Shown: one piece after another, positions 39,330-52,642 of the stretch
Layout of the letters: the number at the start of each line of letters is the position of its first letter
How positions within the stretch are numbered: position 1 is the stretch's first letter
Source of the DNA: the human T2T-CHM13v2.0 reference genome, Homo sapiens
Strand: one strand, 5' to 3'
Length of the DNA stretch: 64,000 nt
NCBI RefSeq assembly: GCF_009914755.1
Contig: NC_060925.1
Position numbers and translations under genes: made by a program
The notes under the pieces: model-generated
What the model was told of the DNA's origin: nothing
Database searches by the model: none
Seen by the model: the letters and a program-made list of their open reading frames with translations, nothing else

Positions 39330-41420
39330 TCCCCATATTTCTGACTTTAGAAACTTTGAATAAAACCAGGACAATAATGATAGTAAAAAACCACTAATAA
39401 TGCCATCATACAGAGGTAATCATTGCTGATAGTTCAAGTTCTTTCTTCTCATTCCTTTTTTTTAAACAACCAAATAAACTATTTAAAAATCAAGATCCTA
39501 TGGCATATTGAGTTTTGTCACTTCTTTAGCATCAGCATTATTTCATATCATTAAATGTTTTTAACGTGCTTTTAGAAAATTTATCTTATTGCTCATCTTA
39601 AACATTAATTAATCCTTAGCTATATTCCTAATTATTTTCCTAGCATAGATTCCTAGAAATAGGACTTCTGGGTTGGAAGAAAAGGATAGTTTTAATGCTT
39701 TTTGTATGTAGTGATAAAGTTTTCAAGAAAGTTAACAACCATATGAGAAAATATTTATCTTCCCAATATGCTGCCACCACTGCATATTATCTTTTTAAAA
39801 GGCGATTATGCCATTTAAAAAGTAGGTTTAATTTAAGGTAATTGAATATTTTTTTTCTTATGGATATTCGTCCTTTGTTTGTTTCTATTGTAAATTGTCT
39901 ATTCATGTACTTGGCCCATTTTACCTTAGGAATATGAAATAACACATATTTTGCCAGCAGGTTTCAACACACATGGGAACAAGATATATTCATGGAATGT
40001 GCCTTTGAACCTGCATTCAAAAGAACTCAGACAGAGGTTAGTGGTGAATAAAGCAATTGCTTTCACTTAATGACACAGGTGGGGAAAGAGTTTGCAGAAA
40101 ATGTTTTTCTTGAAAATAAAATATCTGTGGCTTGCAATGTGGGTGCACGTACAAATCAGCTTCAAAAGTGCTTTCATAGAAGGAGCTGTTGGAAACGTAG
40201 TATAAATATCTGCCTTGTGTATCACAGCATTTTTTTTAGAAGGGCATATCTAATAGTTCTTTCAAGTCTAAATTTAGGAATTGATGATAAGTAAAATATC
40301 AGAGAAGCTAGAATCTTTAGAGTCATCCTTGACATGTCCTCTATCCAATTGCTAACCAATTCCCATTCATTTTTCTTGGGTGTCAATCCAATAGATCCTC
40401 CCAGATCTACCCACTTTGTTACAGCTTTAACTTGAGCCTTGTGACACCTCACCAGGACCTTTGCAGCAGCTTCCCAGTGTTTAAAATTGCTCTCAATTAG
40501 TATCCAGCCTTTCAGTTCTATCAGTTATAAAGTATCATTTTTTTCTCTAAGAAAAGTGGTAAAGCTCATCAGAGAAAATGTGGATAACAGGAAATACAAA
40601 AATAAAATCATAGTATCCAGACCACCAGTCCTCAAAAATAAAAACTAAAATTCCCGCATATATTCTTTCAGTCTTTCCACTTATATAAAAATGGGATCAC
40701 CCTGGATATGTGTATAATCTCTTTCATTCACAAAGCAATATATGTATTGCAAACACCTTGTTACATTTTTGCACATTTCTCTGCAACAGCATTTTTAACT
40801 GGTTGCATAATGTGCCATTATATTAACATGCAGGTCATTTCCAATATTTTGGTATTACAGGCAATGCCAAAGTAAACATCTTTGTAATTATCTTTTAATA
40901 GTTTAAAATATTACTTTATTGTTTTCTCCCATCCAATGCTGCTATGGAGAAATCTGATATCATCCTTACTTTTCTTTCCTGTGGGTGAACTGTTCTTCCC
41001 TTCTGAAAGGTAGTAGAATTTACTTTTTGTTTTTGTTATTCCTTGTGTGAGGTTTTATCTCTCTTGTTTGGTGTTAAGTCCTCATGCCAAGGTCTTTCAC
41101 TTTTTAAAAATCCTGGGACATTTTTGCCATTATTTCTTTAAATATTTCATCCTGTTTTTCTTTTTCTTTCTGAGATTCCTTACATCCAGATAATGGCACT
41201 TCTATCCTTTAAAATTATCACCTTCTTTGAGTTTTACCTCTTCATTCTTTCCTACTGCCTTCTGGGAGAGCTTCTTAATCTAATTTTTTGACTCACTAAT
41301 TTTTTTTTCAGCTGTGTTCATCTAACTCTTTAACTCATTTTTATTATTCCTGGTCCTGTCTCCTAATTACATAAGTATTTTTATCAATTTATTTTATGTT
41401 ATTCATCTATCTATACAAAA
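39330..41420 (-). mobile_element. Patchwork of ancient L1ME-type fragments (~39330-39920, 40540-40900, 40920-41420)
   Basis: tagattcctagaaataggacttctgggt; ttgtctattcatgtacttggcccatttt; gctatggagaaatctgat. Confidence 0.5.
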
Positions 41421-42537
41421 AATTTACTTACAAAGGGTGTACATTTTTTAATGTAGTATATGTGTTCTGTTAAGTAGTTGCCTGTCATATTATATTCCTT
41501 ATTTTGACCACAAGTCCATGTTCTTTTCTGAGTGTCAGCTGCACTGTCTGGTAGACTTTACAGTGTGAGAGCCAAAGTACCAAAGTCCTAGTTCAGTCAG
41601 ACCAGGCAAGTTTCAGAAGCAAAAGAAGCATGAGCCCACAGCAGAGAGCTAAGCACACCATTGACCACTCCCTTTTGCTGCAACAGCACCAGGCAACTCC
41701 TCTGGGAAAGGCTTAACCAAGCAGCAATGGCAAGACAGACTCCCAACATTGTAGTCCACCAGCCGTGGAGTTCAGAGTAGAGGAGAGGATGAGTGAGTGC
41801 CTGAGAAAGGCTGATGGGTAGGAATCTGTTTACCCTAATTTTTTTTTTTACCTCTTGAGGGATTTTTTGCTATGCTACCTTGATCCTGTACCCCCAGAAC
41901 CAGATGCCCTGGCCAGCAGCAAAATGAAGGCATTAAAGATCCCCAGACAATGGGAGGAAACAAAAATTAAACCTTTCATCTCCAGTTCATATGTTGACAG
42001 CCATATCCAGTTACCCTGTGTCTCCAATTATAGCACTTCACCCCTTGTTGCATCCAGTCATTGGCACACAACCAAAAGTCAGAAGTCCTTTGTGTTCTAC
42101 CAGTGGTTTCCCAAAGTTTTGTGGTGCTGTTTGTTCCTAGAATCTTTTTCCCATTTTTTATTAATGTCTCTAGGATGCATTTGGAGCAGGGATATCCAAT
42201 AGCCCTTCTAGTTTCCCATCTTGGTAGGAACCAGAAGTTCCTAACTAAAGCTTTGTTCACATCTATGCCAGTTTCCTTAAAATAAATCTCTAGAAACAGG
42301 AATGCTGTGGCATAGCATACTTAAAAATTTAAGGCTTTTTATATGTTTACCAAACTGCCCAGAATTATAAATAGGAAAAACATATGGTTTGGTAATTCAC
42401 ATCTAATCTTGCTTGAACAATCTGATGTCTTCATAAACAGGATGTTATGAACCTGTGTATACCATACTCAACCACACAGGGTAGGTTGTCACGTGATGAT
42501 ACCACCTCTTTCCTACATCTGTCCTTGTTTCCTAAAA

Positions 42538-44596
42538 CCTTCTCTATGTTATCTTGAATTTCATCGTGTTTCCTCAAAACAACTATTTTGAATTCTCTAT
42601 TTGAAGGGTCACATATCTCAGTATCTCTAGGATTGGTCCCTGGTGGCTTATTTAGTTCATTTGGTGAGGTCATGTTTTCCTAGATGGTCTTAATGCTTAT
42701 GGATGTTCATAGGTATCTGGGCATTGAAGAGTTAGATATTTCCTGTAATCTTTGTATTCTGTGCTTGTTTATACTAGTCCTTCTTGGGAAGGCTTTCCAG
42801 GTATTCACAGGGGCTTGGGTGTTGTGATCTAAGTTTTTGGTTACTGCAGCCAAATCTGCATTAGGGGCCATCCCAAGCCCAGCAACACTGCGGCCCTTGC
42901 AGACTCATAGAGATACCGCCATGGTGGTCTTGGATAAGATCTGGAAGAAATCTCTGAATTACAAGGCAGAGACTCTTGTTCTCTTTCCTTACTTTCTCCC
43001 AAACAAAGAGATTCTTTCTCTCCGCTGAGCTGTCTGGAGCTGGGGGAGGGATGACACAAACACCCCTCTAGCCACCACCACTGGGACTGCTCTGGGTCAG
43101 ATCTGAAGCCAGCACATCACTGGGTCTCATCCAAGGCCCACAGTGACCACTGCCTGGCTACTGCCTATCTTCTCTCAAGGCCCTAGGCACTACAGTCAGC
43201 AAGTGGAGTAGCCAGCCAGACTTGTGTCCATCCCTTCAGGGTGGTGAGCCTCAAGTGGGTCCCAAGATGCTGTCTGGGAGCTAAGACCTGCAGTTGAAAA
43301 CCGTAGGAATCTGCCTGGTGCTCTATTCTACAGTGGCTAAGCTGGCACCCAAACCACAAGATAAAGTCTTTCCCACATTTCCCTTTCTTTTCCACAGGCA
43401 GAGGAGTCTTTCCCTGTGGCCACCCCCTCCCTGCCTCCCCAGCTCCAGCCTGTGGCAAGTACCGCCTGGGTATCACTGATGTTCACTAAAGGCCTAAGGA
43501 CTCTTCAGTCAGTTTGTGGTGAATGCTGCCAGTCCTGCGTATCTCCCTTCAGGGCAGTGGGCTCCCTTCTGGCCCCAGGCAAGCCAAGAAATGTCATCCA
43601 GGAGTCAACGCCTAGAAGTGGGAATCCCAAGAGCCCACTTAGTGCTCTACTCCATTGTGGCTGAGCTGGTATCTAAGCTGCGAGAAAAAGCCTCCTTTAC
43701 CTTTCCCTCTCCTATTCTCAAGTAGGAGTCTCTCCTCATAGCCACCACAGCTGGGAATGCATCAGGTCACACCTGAAACCAACACAGCTCTGAGTTCCAC
43801 CCAAGGCCCATGGCAAGTACTGCCTGGCTACTGCTGCTGATTATTCAGGCCCCAACGGCTCTTTAGCCAGCAGGTGATGAATTCTGTCAGGACTGAGTCC
43901 TTGCCTTCAAGGCAGCTAGTTCCCTTCTGGCCCAGGGTGTGTGTAGGAATGTCCTCTGGGAGCTAGGGTCTGGAATGGGGGCCTCAGGACTCTACCTGGT
44001 ACCCTATCCTACTGTGTCTGAACTGATATTCAAGTCACAAGACAAAAAGTTCTCTTTACTCTTCCCTTTCCTCAAGGATAGGAAAGGAGTCTCTCCCACA
44101 TCTGCAAGCTGAGCTGCCTGGGATTAGGGTAGGGGTGACACAAGCACTCCCTAGGTCACCCCAGCTGGTGTCTCACTAGGTTGGATGCCCCTCAAGTCTA
44201 CTAGCTCTGAGCCCAGCACAGCACTAGGACTTGCCTAGGAATTGCAGTCCTTGTGGCCTAGACTGCTTTTCAAGTTTATTTAGAACCCCAACACACTTTA
44301 GCCCAAGTTGGCAATACGAAGTCCCACAATCACGGTGCTCTCCTTCCTCCAAGTACACGGATTCTCTCTCCCACCATGTGGCTAATGCCGGATGGGGAAG
44401 GGATGGTGGCAGTAGTTTATGACTGTTTTTCCTATCCTCTCCAGTACCTCTTTTAATAATATGTTAAAACGAGGTACTGTGATTGCTCACCTGATTTTTT
44501 GTTCTTATGAAGGTGTTTTTTTGTGTGGATACTTGTTCAATGTAGTGTTTCTATGGGGAGAGTGATCAGTGGAGGCTTCTATTCAGCCATCTTGCT
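42538..44596 (-). mobile_element. L1MA (L1M1/M2-type) 5'UTR plus start of ORF1 only, with three ~310-360 bp internal repeats
   Basis: 5' start agcaagatggctgaatagaagcctcc (minus); ORF1 start MTSPNELNKPPGTNPRDTEICD (42431-42673); flanked by 14-bp direct repeat TCTGTCCTTGTTTC. Confidence 0.88.
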
Positions 44597-44602
44597 GGTT
44601 AT

Positions 44603-44932
44603 TCTGTCCTTGTTTCTTGGAATGGTGTTATTTATATTTTTTGCTGGGTTACAACTCAATATCACATATTTTGTGAATCCTTCCCCAAATTCTCCAGAAT
44701 TACTCTCTAATTTTTTTGTTATCATTGTTATTTTGTAGCATTTTGTTCATGCATCTATTATAGCACAGCATATTTTAATTATTTACTTTTGTACCTATAT
44801 AAGCCCCTAAGCTATGAAGTTCTTTTAGATAGAGATTCTATCTTAATCACCTTTTTATTGCCAGGGCCCTGTGACTGGGACTAGCACCATGTTAGGTGAT
44901 CAATCAATGTTGGCAGAACCAATAAATGAATT
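44603..44932 (+). mobile_element. L2 3' part (host of the L1MA fragment)
   Basis: caactcaatatcacatattttgtgaatccttccc...ctatgaagttctttt...gttaggtgatcaatcaatgttggcagaaccaataaatgaat. Confidence 0.65.
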
Positions 44933-44959
44933 TTCAAATATCCAACAGAATCTGAACTA

Positions 44960-45130
44960 AGTGTGCAAAACATTTTTAAGTACTTTCATTCAATCTTCCA
45001 AACAATTTGTATTATTTTCTCTACTTTTTAGATGAGAAAACGAAAGCCTTAGAGAGGCCAAGGAGCTTGCCCAAGGTAGAGCTGGGATCTGAATTCCTAT
45101 CTAATTCAAGAGTTGAGACTTCACCACTAG
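44960..45130 (-). mobile_element. MIR SINE
   Basis: tttttagatgagaaaacgaaagccttagagagg...cttgcccaaggt. Confidence 0.8.
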
Positions 45131-48100
45131 AATCTTATGGTTCCTGCTGGTTCTGTGTTTTGATGAATGCAGGTAGAGAAAATCACGAAGATTGTTCAAT
45201 AAAGAGGCTTGTTTCTTTGTGAAGTTGCTATTTCGAACCTAATATAATTCAATATTTGAGAGGCATCAACTTCACTATCCAGTTATTTCAAAATAAACCT
45301 GAAACTAGAAGGATTGAATTATATCACCTGTGAGAAATAACCTAAATACTTTCTTTTTATAATAACCTTGCTGAGATACTATTAAAAGGACAGACCTAAA
45401 AACATTCATCTGCCTGCAGTGTGACATAATCCATATCCTTGTTTAATAGTTTTATCTTAAAATGCTCCTAAGCTTGCATAGTCTTTATTACTGTTTCCTG
45501 GTAAGGGGAAGAGACAGTAGGGAGGGGATGTAAGGGTGATGCTGAAAAGGACCAAAAAAACCCAACAAATACTATTTGAGGTAGCAGGCTAAACTGTGAA
45601 TATATGCTTTTTAATTTCTGGTATTACCTCAAGAAATTTCAAGCATATAATTAATGACAAATATGAGGACCTAGCTCATTGATTTTTACCATCTTCATGA
45701 AATACTCTATAGGTGCAGCCTGAGAACACATGTTGAATTACACAATCCTGATGCCTCTAGTAGGTACATATGGTTGAAGGATGACTATACGATACCAAAT
45801 AGCCCTACAAGGTCAAGTTTTCAACCATCTTCATCACTTACTGCCGGAAGTCAACTGGCTGAGGAGGTGGAATGGATGACCCATGCCACCTGATTCGCTC
45901 TGCCATGCTCTTGTTATTTCAGGCATGGAGACACAGTCCAAGGTAAATGTCACTGATACATATTCCCCTAAAGCTGAATAAGAACAAAGGCAGAGCTTAT
46001 TGATTTTAAAAAATTAATTTATTTCTGCCAGACTTCATTTAGGCCCATTGTCTACTTTCTTTGAGAATACCTGGGCAAGCAGAAATTTCCATAGCTGATT
46101 TAGAACATGGGGAAAATTGCAAAGAACCAAATTTTTCTTGTCATTTAATGCAAGGGGAAAGAGATCTTAAGACGAGCATGTTGGTAACTCGGATTGCTAA
46201 GAGGAGCAACACATTGAGGAAAATGCCCTAGAGGTACAGGGGGCCATGACCACACTGATGTTATATCCTTTCTGAAGTTAAACATTCTCGTTCTTGGAAG
46301 ATTTTTTGTTTTGTCAGCAAATTTCCACAGCCACTATGTTCTATTATTGGCCATTTTATTAAATATGTTTTTCAGGGCATGATAGCAATGTATATGACAG
46401 GATTCCTAAATATGAGAGGTGAGAATCCCATTATGTTGGAAATCCTTTTCAAAGAGAGGGTATAATTTAAGATTAAGCCTTGAAGGAATGTGCCCCAACA
46501 TGCTCTCTTACCATGGAAAGACTTCTGTAAGAACAAAACACTTACAATTTTATGAAAATATATCTAGTCAGTAGTGTTTTGACCTAAAAAGAAAATGTTT
46601 TACAGATCCTGAATGTTCCAGATACCAACTTAAAAGGCAAGTGTGAAGGGCCACTTCAGAAAGAAAATAGTTGCAATAGAGGAGTCACCATCATATTTTC
46701 CTTCTTCAATTAACATTGTAAAATGAACCTTTTGAGCCTCTGTCTCTTGTTGATACTGAAAGGAATGTCTCCTTATTAGAAGCAATAAAAACAAAATATA
46801 ACAGATACAGATCATGTCACTTCTGGAAATGGGAAGATGTGATTTAGGTCGGTTCATGAACAAATGACCCTGCAGATACAATTCTTCTAAATCCTGGGTC
46901 ATGACCCTAAGAGTGGAAATAAAGTGAATTATATGCAACTTGATAGACGGAGCCTGATGTCTTGTACCACACATAGTATAAGATTGAGTATTTTACTTTA
47001 TTCAAGTCAGGGCATTTCATTTTACTAAAAAACTCTCTGTCTCCCAACCCCCACCACCACCTCACACACACAAAAAAGCACCCCAAACACACCCTGTTTT
47101 CATTAACTAAGACACAAAATGCAAAATTCAGGCTTATCTCACAATACCCCAAAGATGACCCTGGTCCGGTTGCTATACAGAAATCTCTATTGCTGTACAA
47201 ATGTATGGTAGACCACAATTGTTTTGTGCTAAACAACAGATAAATGACATAGATTGAAATTATGGTAAATTTAAATTGATGGCCTAATTAGTATTATCTC
47301 TTTTTGTATTCATTGTAAGAAAAATTATCCAGGAGGAACTCATTTTGCATTAATGTTGATATAAAGTGTAATTCTCCAGGATTTTCGTTGTAATTTGGCA
47401 CTAATTAATGCATGATTATTTTAAAGTGTTAATTAAATTGTTACAAAAAGGGACATCTGCAATGGCTGAGAAAGGAAATCACATGAACAATTAGTTTTGT
47501 ATAGGACTGTGGTGCAGTCTCAGAGATCACATTCGTGGCAGGAGCATGAAGGCGGAGGTAGATTGCAGACAGGAAAAACTCCTGCTCTGTCCTGTGTGGT
47601 ATATTGTTGACAGCATATGACCACTTCTCTTTCCCTTTTCATTGTCTGCATGTGAAGAATGGGTAGTTTCTAGAGCACTAGATTTTTGTTCTGTGGTTAG
47701 GACAGGATGCACATCAGTAGGACTATGGTTCTTTACTTGATTTTTCTGGGACCTTGGCAGATGTCACTGACCATTTCCATGTCAGTAAAAAGAATCACTG
47801 AATCCTTTTTGTAATGTGGTCTAAAGAGCTCATAAATATGCAGCTGTATATGGCTAGGTTAATATTTCTACTGGTAATAAACTCCATACAAAACTGTGAC
47901 AAATCAAAAGGGAGATAATCTGCGGTAATTCCTTACACAGTGGACCATCATTGTCAAGGCATCTGGAAGTTATTGAATGCTATCATGGCTTAAGATATAT
48001 AATTCCAAGGAAATTCCATCATCATTTCATATATCAAGGAATCATGGCAATCAGATAGCAATTTGGGTTGGCAATTCTATGGAACTTGGAACTCAGAGGG

Positions 48101-48559
48101 AATATATAAATTAGGCTCTAGACACTCTGTCATCATGGTCCCACAGGACACAGAAATTTGGGGAATGTTATTCTGTCAGCAACATTATCCTATATTTGGC
48201 TCTGTGGGGCTCTACTGAATGAACGTTCTTTATCAAGGGTTGTAAACCAAGATCCCCATAGGAAGAGTATAACGAGATACTATAGCACTGTACCACATAC
48301 AACTGTGAAGTCTTTAAATTGGTTATATATATATTTTTTCTGGATACCAACTTAATATTAAGGTTGCAACTTTTCCTTTAACAGCCACAATGGGAGCCTC
48401 TTATTTTTCAGGTTCTGTGAAATTTTCCTCATAGATAACTGTTTTATGGACCTACAAGGCAAGGCCCAAATTCCACAATCAAGTTGAAGTCAAATCTTTC
48501 CTCTTTACATTGAATGATAAGTTGGACAGATAAAATCAGAATCACTCCATAATGTTTTT

Positions 48560-48710
48560 GACAGTTCTCCTTAGATGAATGTAAACCACTTCCCTCTTTC
48601 ATGAAGATGCAAACTCCCCACAGATCTAAGTCTTTCTTGGGTCTCTTGTCCAGCATGTAGCCTGATACCAGGCTCACTCAATAAATCGTTAATAAATTGA
48701 TTGATTCATG
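48560..48710 (+). mobile_element. L2 3' end
   Basis: ccagcatgtagcctgataccaggctcactcaataaatcgttaataaattgattga. Confidence 0.55.
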
Positions 48711-50585
48711 TAGCTCATGAGTAATTGCTTTCCTAAGAAGAGATGGCCACAAAACTTCTATAGGTTCAATAGAGTCTATTTGAAAGTGATTGTTTATACA
48801 GAAGATCAGTATTCCCGCACCCAAGCTCCCAAACTTTTCCATTACCTGTACTGCTAATCACTAGAAAGGGAAATAAAATGAAGCAGCCTAAAATTCTAAT
48901 TCAATGTCATCTAACGAGGAAGATTTAGTTTGTGGGGGAAGAAACCTCTCTTGGCAGAAAAATAAATGTTTTTTAGATAAAACAAAAATAATAATAAGGA
49001 AAAAAAGAATAGAAGCAGAGTTGCTGTTGAAATACTAGAAGAGCCTATTCATCTTCTGGGAAAGTGTTGCACTATGCTTAGGTCAAAAGGGTTCATTCCT
49101 GTGCCCTGAGATTTAAATTATTTTAAGGTGAGCCCTCATCTCTCAATGAAGATTCCTTCCAGTCTCTGACCGGGCATTCCTGATTTGACCAAAGTATCTC
49201 AGTTTCCTGATTATTATAATGTGATTTTCTGAAACTGTTCAATTAAGTTCAGACTTCCTACTTCCCAAAACATTGATTGGAGGAAAAGATGAGAAACGTA
49301 TATTACAAGAGAACAAAGCATTTCAACTGAATATTACACATACCTGTGCTTAAAGGTCATGTTCCAGCCTTACTAACACAAAGCCTTGTTGGCCATCACC
49401 TTCTCCTCCTCCTTGTTCACCCCTCTTTCTCTTCCTAGATACCAACCTCTTTCCCTCTCCTTTCCACAGTGAACTTCAGCCCCAAAGTACTATAACTTCT
49501 TTTATAGTATGGTTTTGCTACCTCTTTGTTTTAGTTCTACTTTCATACCATACCCTGAGGCCTTACTCTCTAAACCAAAGTGGGTCTGTCAAGACAATTT
49601 TGCCAAACAAAGAGCTATTTAGTCTTTCCTAGGAAACAGAAGTTGCATTCAATTGTGGTTTTAAGTAACTTTGTTTTTTTCTGTTGAGTTTGTCATCTTA
49701 TAGTTTCAATGGTTACCTCAGGCTCTTTACAAAACTCTGGTTTCTTTGTTAACAGTGCTTCAGTCACTTACATCAGAAGCCAATTCCTTGCGGGCAACTA
49801 ACATGTGTCTACTTTCCTTTGTAGGTGTTTGTAAATGCCAAGTAGGCTCTTCTGCCCACTTTGGGTACTAGACAAATGCTGTTGAGGAGCAAGAGCAGAC
49901 TGAAATTCAAGGAGATGACAAGAAAAGCATTTCCAGTCCCACGATTTGAATGTGGGAAAGGGAATGTGCAGAAGAGCTTACCACCTTCCCAGCAGCAAGG
50001 GTACGGCAGAAAGGACACGAAACTAGCTTTAATATTTAAGCATAAGATGCTCCACATTTCTCACTCTAAATTTAGTGCTGTGGCATTCAGTTTAAACTAC
50101 CTTGTGTCCAATAATATACTTCCTGGCCTGCCCTGAGGTCTTCAGGAAGCTTTTTATCTTTGATATAATTGCCAGGGTGAATCCCTAGTTATAACACACT
50201 CTACAGCATATAAAATAATTGTTGCAACTGAACCCATCACATAAATATTAGTGATTGAAGAGATTGGTTGGAATAAATCAATGTGGGTGACATATTTAAT
50301 AAACTTTGTATAAACATTGTTTGCAACAGCTATAAATAAAATTGTCTTTAGGAATTTTACATATTGCACATCCCTCTCTTCATGGGAGATGCACAGGCAT
50401 GATTTCTAGCTGCACCAAATGACAAGCCTTTTAAAACTTGTCCAGATTAGAACAGGCAAGCCAAGTCAGGGAACGTGCCACAGCAGGTCAGGAGAGTGCT
50501 GAGGTTTGCTCCACCCTCTGAGCTTTCCTCATGCACTTGCCACTGGGAACCAGGCTCAGGCTGAGAAGAGCTTCCAGCCAACACT

Positions 50586-50690
50586 CCCCTCTCCTCCCCT
50601 CCCCTCTCCTCCCCTCCCTCCCTCCCTCACTCCCTTCCTCCCTCCCTCCCTCCCTCCCTTTCTTCCTTCCTTTCTTCCTTCCTTCCTTCC
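50586..50690. repeat. (CCCT/CCTT)n polypyrimidine tract
   Basis: About 105 bp, almost purely C/T. Confidence 0.95.
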
Positions 50691-52339
50691 TGTTTTTCAA
50701 AAGAAAAACACACACCATAAATAAAGCATGATCAAGATGGCATTTTACATTCACACAGATTTTGGCATAAATAAATAAAAGGGATTTTGTTCAAATTCTG
50801 TCATTCTTACATGCCATCTTAAAATTATCTTTCTCTACCAGTTCATCATATTCTACTATGCCGTGAGAGTCATACTGGCTCCCTCCAGTGGCTGACTGAG
50901 CTCTGATGAAAACACAGGGGCATTTCTGAAGGCCATACAGCCTAGTGGTTCCACATGGAATCACTTATTTCCAAGATAATGAGTTCAGATCCCTTTGTGA
51001 ATTCCAACTCTCAGCATGCATTACTATTCCTGAAAATGTTTGATAAAGGTGTTAATTTTAATTAATCTACCCCATGGTCTCCCATCCAAATGGCCTATTT
51101 CACTGTTCCCATTTTATGGATGAAAAACAACCCATTGGAAGGTTGTGGAACAACTGGGAATGCTGGGAGGTCATGGTAATGCCTCACATGTGAGCATCAG
51201 GCCAGAGTGCTTGCATGGGGGCTTTCTCTTGGCTTAGAACAGACCCTTTCTCATTCTCTGACTTATTATTGTTAGATTCCAAAGGATGACAAATTGTAGA
51301 AATATTTAGGTTCCTTTTTTAAAGAGATCAGATATAATGCAGTGTGTCTTCAGCTTTAAGCTTAATGAAATGTCACATACACATTTGGAAATCCAGGTAT
51401 CAATTATGAGTCTTACATTGTTTGAAATTTACAACTTTCACATTTATTTTTATTAGTAATATTTTAGTCCCTCAATATATTTCTCTGGCATTAATGGAAA
51501 AAACATGGTGCCTTCAAGCAGCCAAAATAATCTCTCTAAATTCCCACTGAGTTTAATCAAAGGCCATGCAATTTAATGGCTAAAGTTACTGCTATATATT
51601 TCCAGTGTGCTGGGTTCAAGTCCCATTAAATTAGGCTCTAATTAAAATTCATCTGAAATATTCTTTCATTGTGTAATTGTTTTTTAATTCTTAATGACTC
51701 ACATTAACCTCCTTTTACTCAAAGGAAAAAAATAGGGAATTAAAAAAACAACAGCCAGGCAGGAAAAAGAACAGTTGAATTAGAGGATGATATGATGCTT
51801 TTATAAAATGCAGCCTGAGAATTGGGTGTGCAACACAGAAGATCAAGAGGAGACTTAATTAGGGCTCTACTGCTCAGTTCGTAGTTTTTGGGTCTTTATG
51901 AAAGCTAAGAGCATAGCTAAATCGTGTAATTTGCCATTATTTTCTCAGGTAGCTCTTACTGAAATGTTACTTTTCACTTGTATTTTTTTTTTTTCATTTT
52001 GAGAGCATAGTATCAGACCTTGTATATACAGCTTGCCACTTGCCTGCTGTCAGAGACAGAAGTGACAACACTTGTCACTACCAATCTCCTCATGTCTGGT
52101 CTCATCTGAGCGATACATACAGCCTGATTTCCAGGTGTTTGTTGAAACTCCAAGTTACATAACATGTTTGCTGTGCTCAGAATGGAAAAAAAGCACCACT
52201 GTGGGAATAAATTCTTAGCTTTCTAGGAACAGTTAGTGTACCTAATACTGAATTAGTCCAATTCCAGATAATTGAAGGGAAAATTTGGAGACAGAAAGAG
52301 GAGGCATTGCAAAATTGATAGCCTCAGGGGTGGTCAAGT

Positions 52340-52608
52340 GACATTGATGGGAAATTTTTACAAACTTTTTAAAAAGCAAAGCAACATGAGTACATAGTTT
52401 AAGAAATTAACCACGATAAAAACACTGCATTTTTTTTTTTAAAAGAACTACTAGTTCCTCTGGTCTCCAGCTTACCTACTATCCAAGAGCAGCCACTTTT
52501 TCAATAATTTTTATTATGTCTACTCCTGACCAATTATATTGTGATTTATTAGTTTTAAATAGTATATATTGATCTCTTATAATGGTAGATAAAGAGCTTA
52601 GCTTTTAT

Positions 52609-52642
<34 letters not shown>

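Noticed and set aside
51562-51635. Functional tRNA gene
   Set aside because: No acceptor-stem pairing, an 11-nt anticodon loop and no adjacent T-run terminator; kept only as a tRNA-derived relic.
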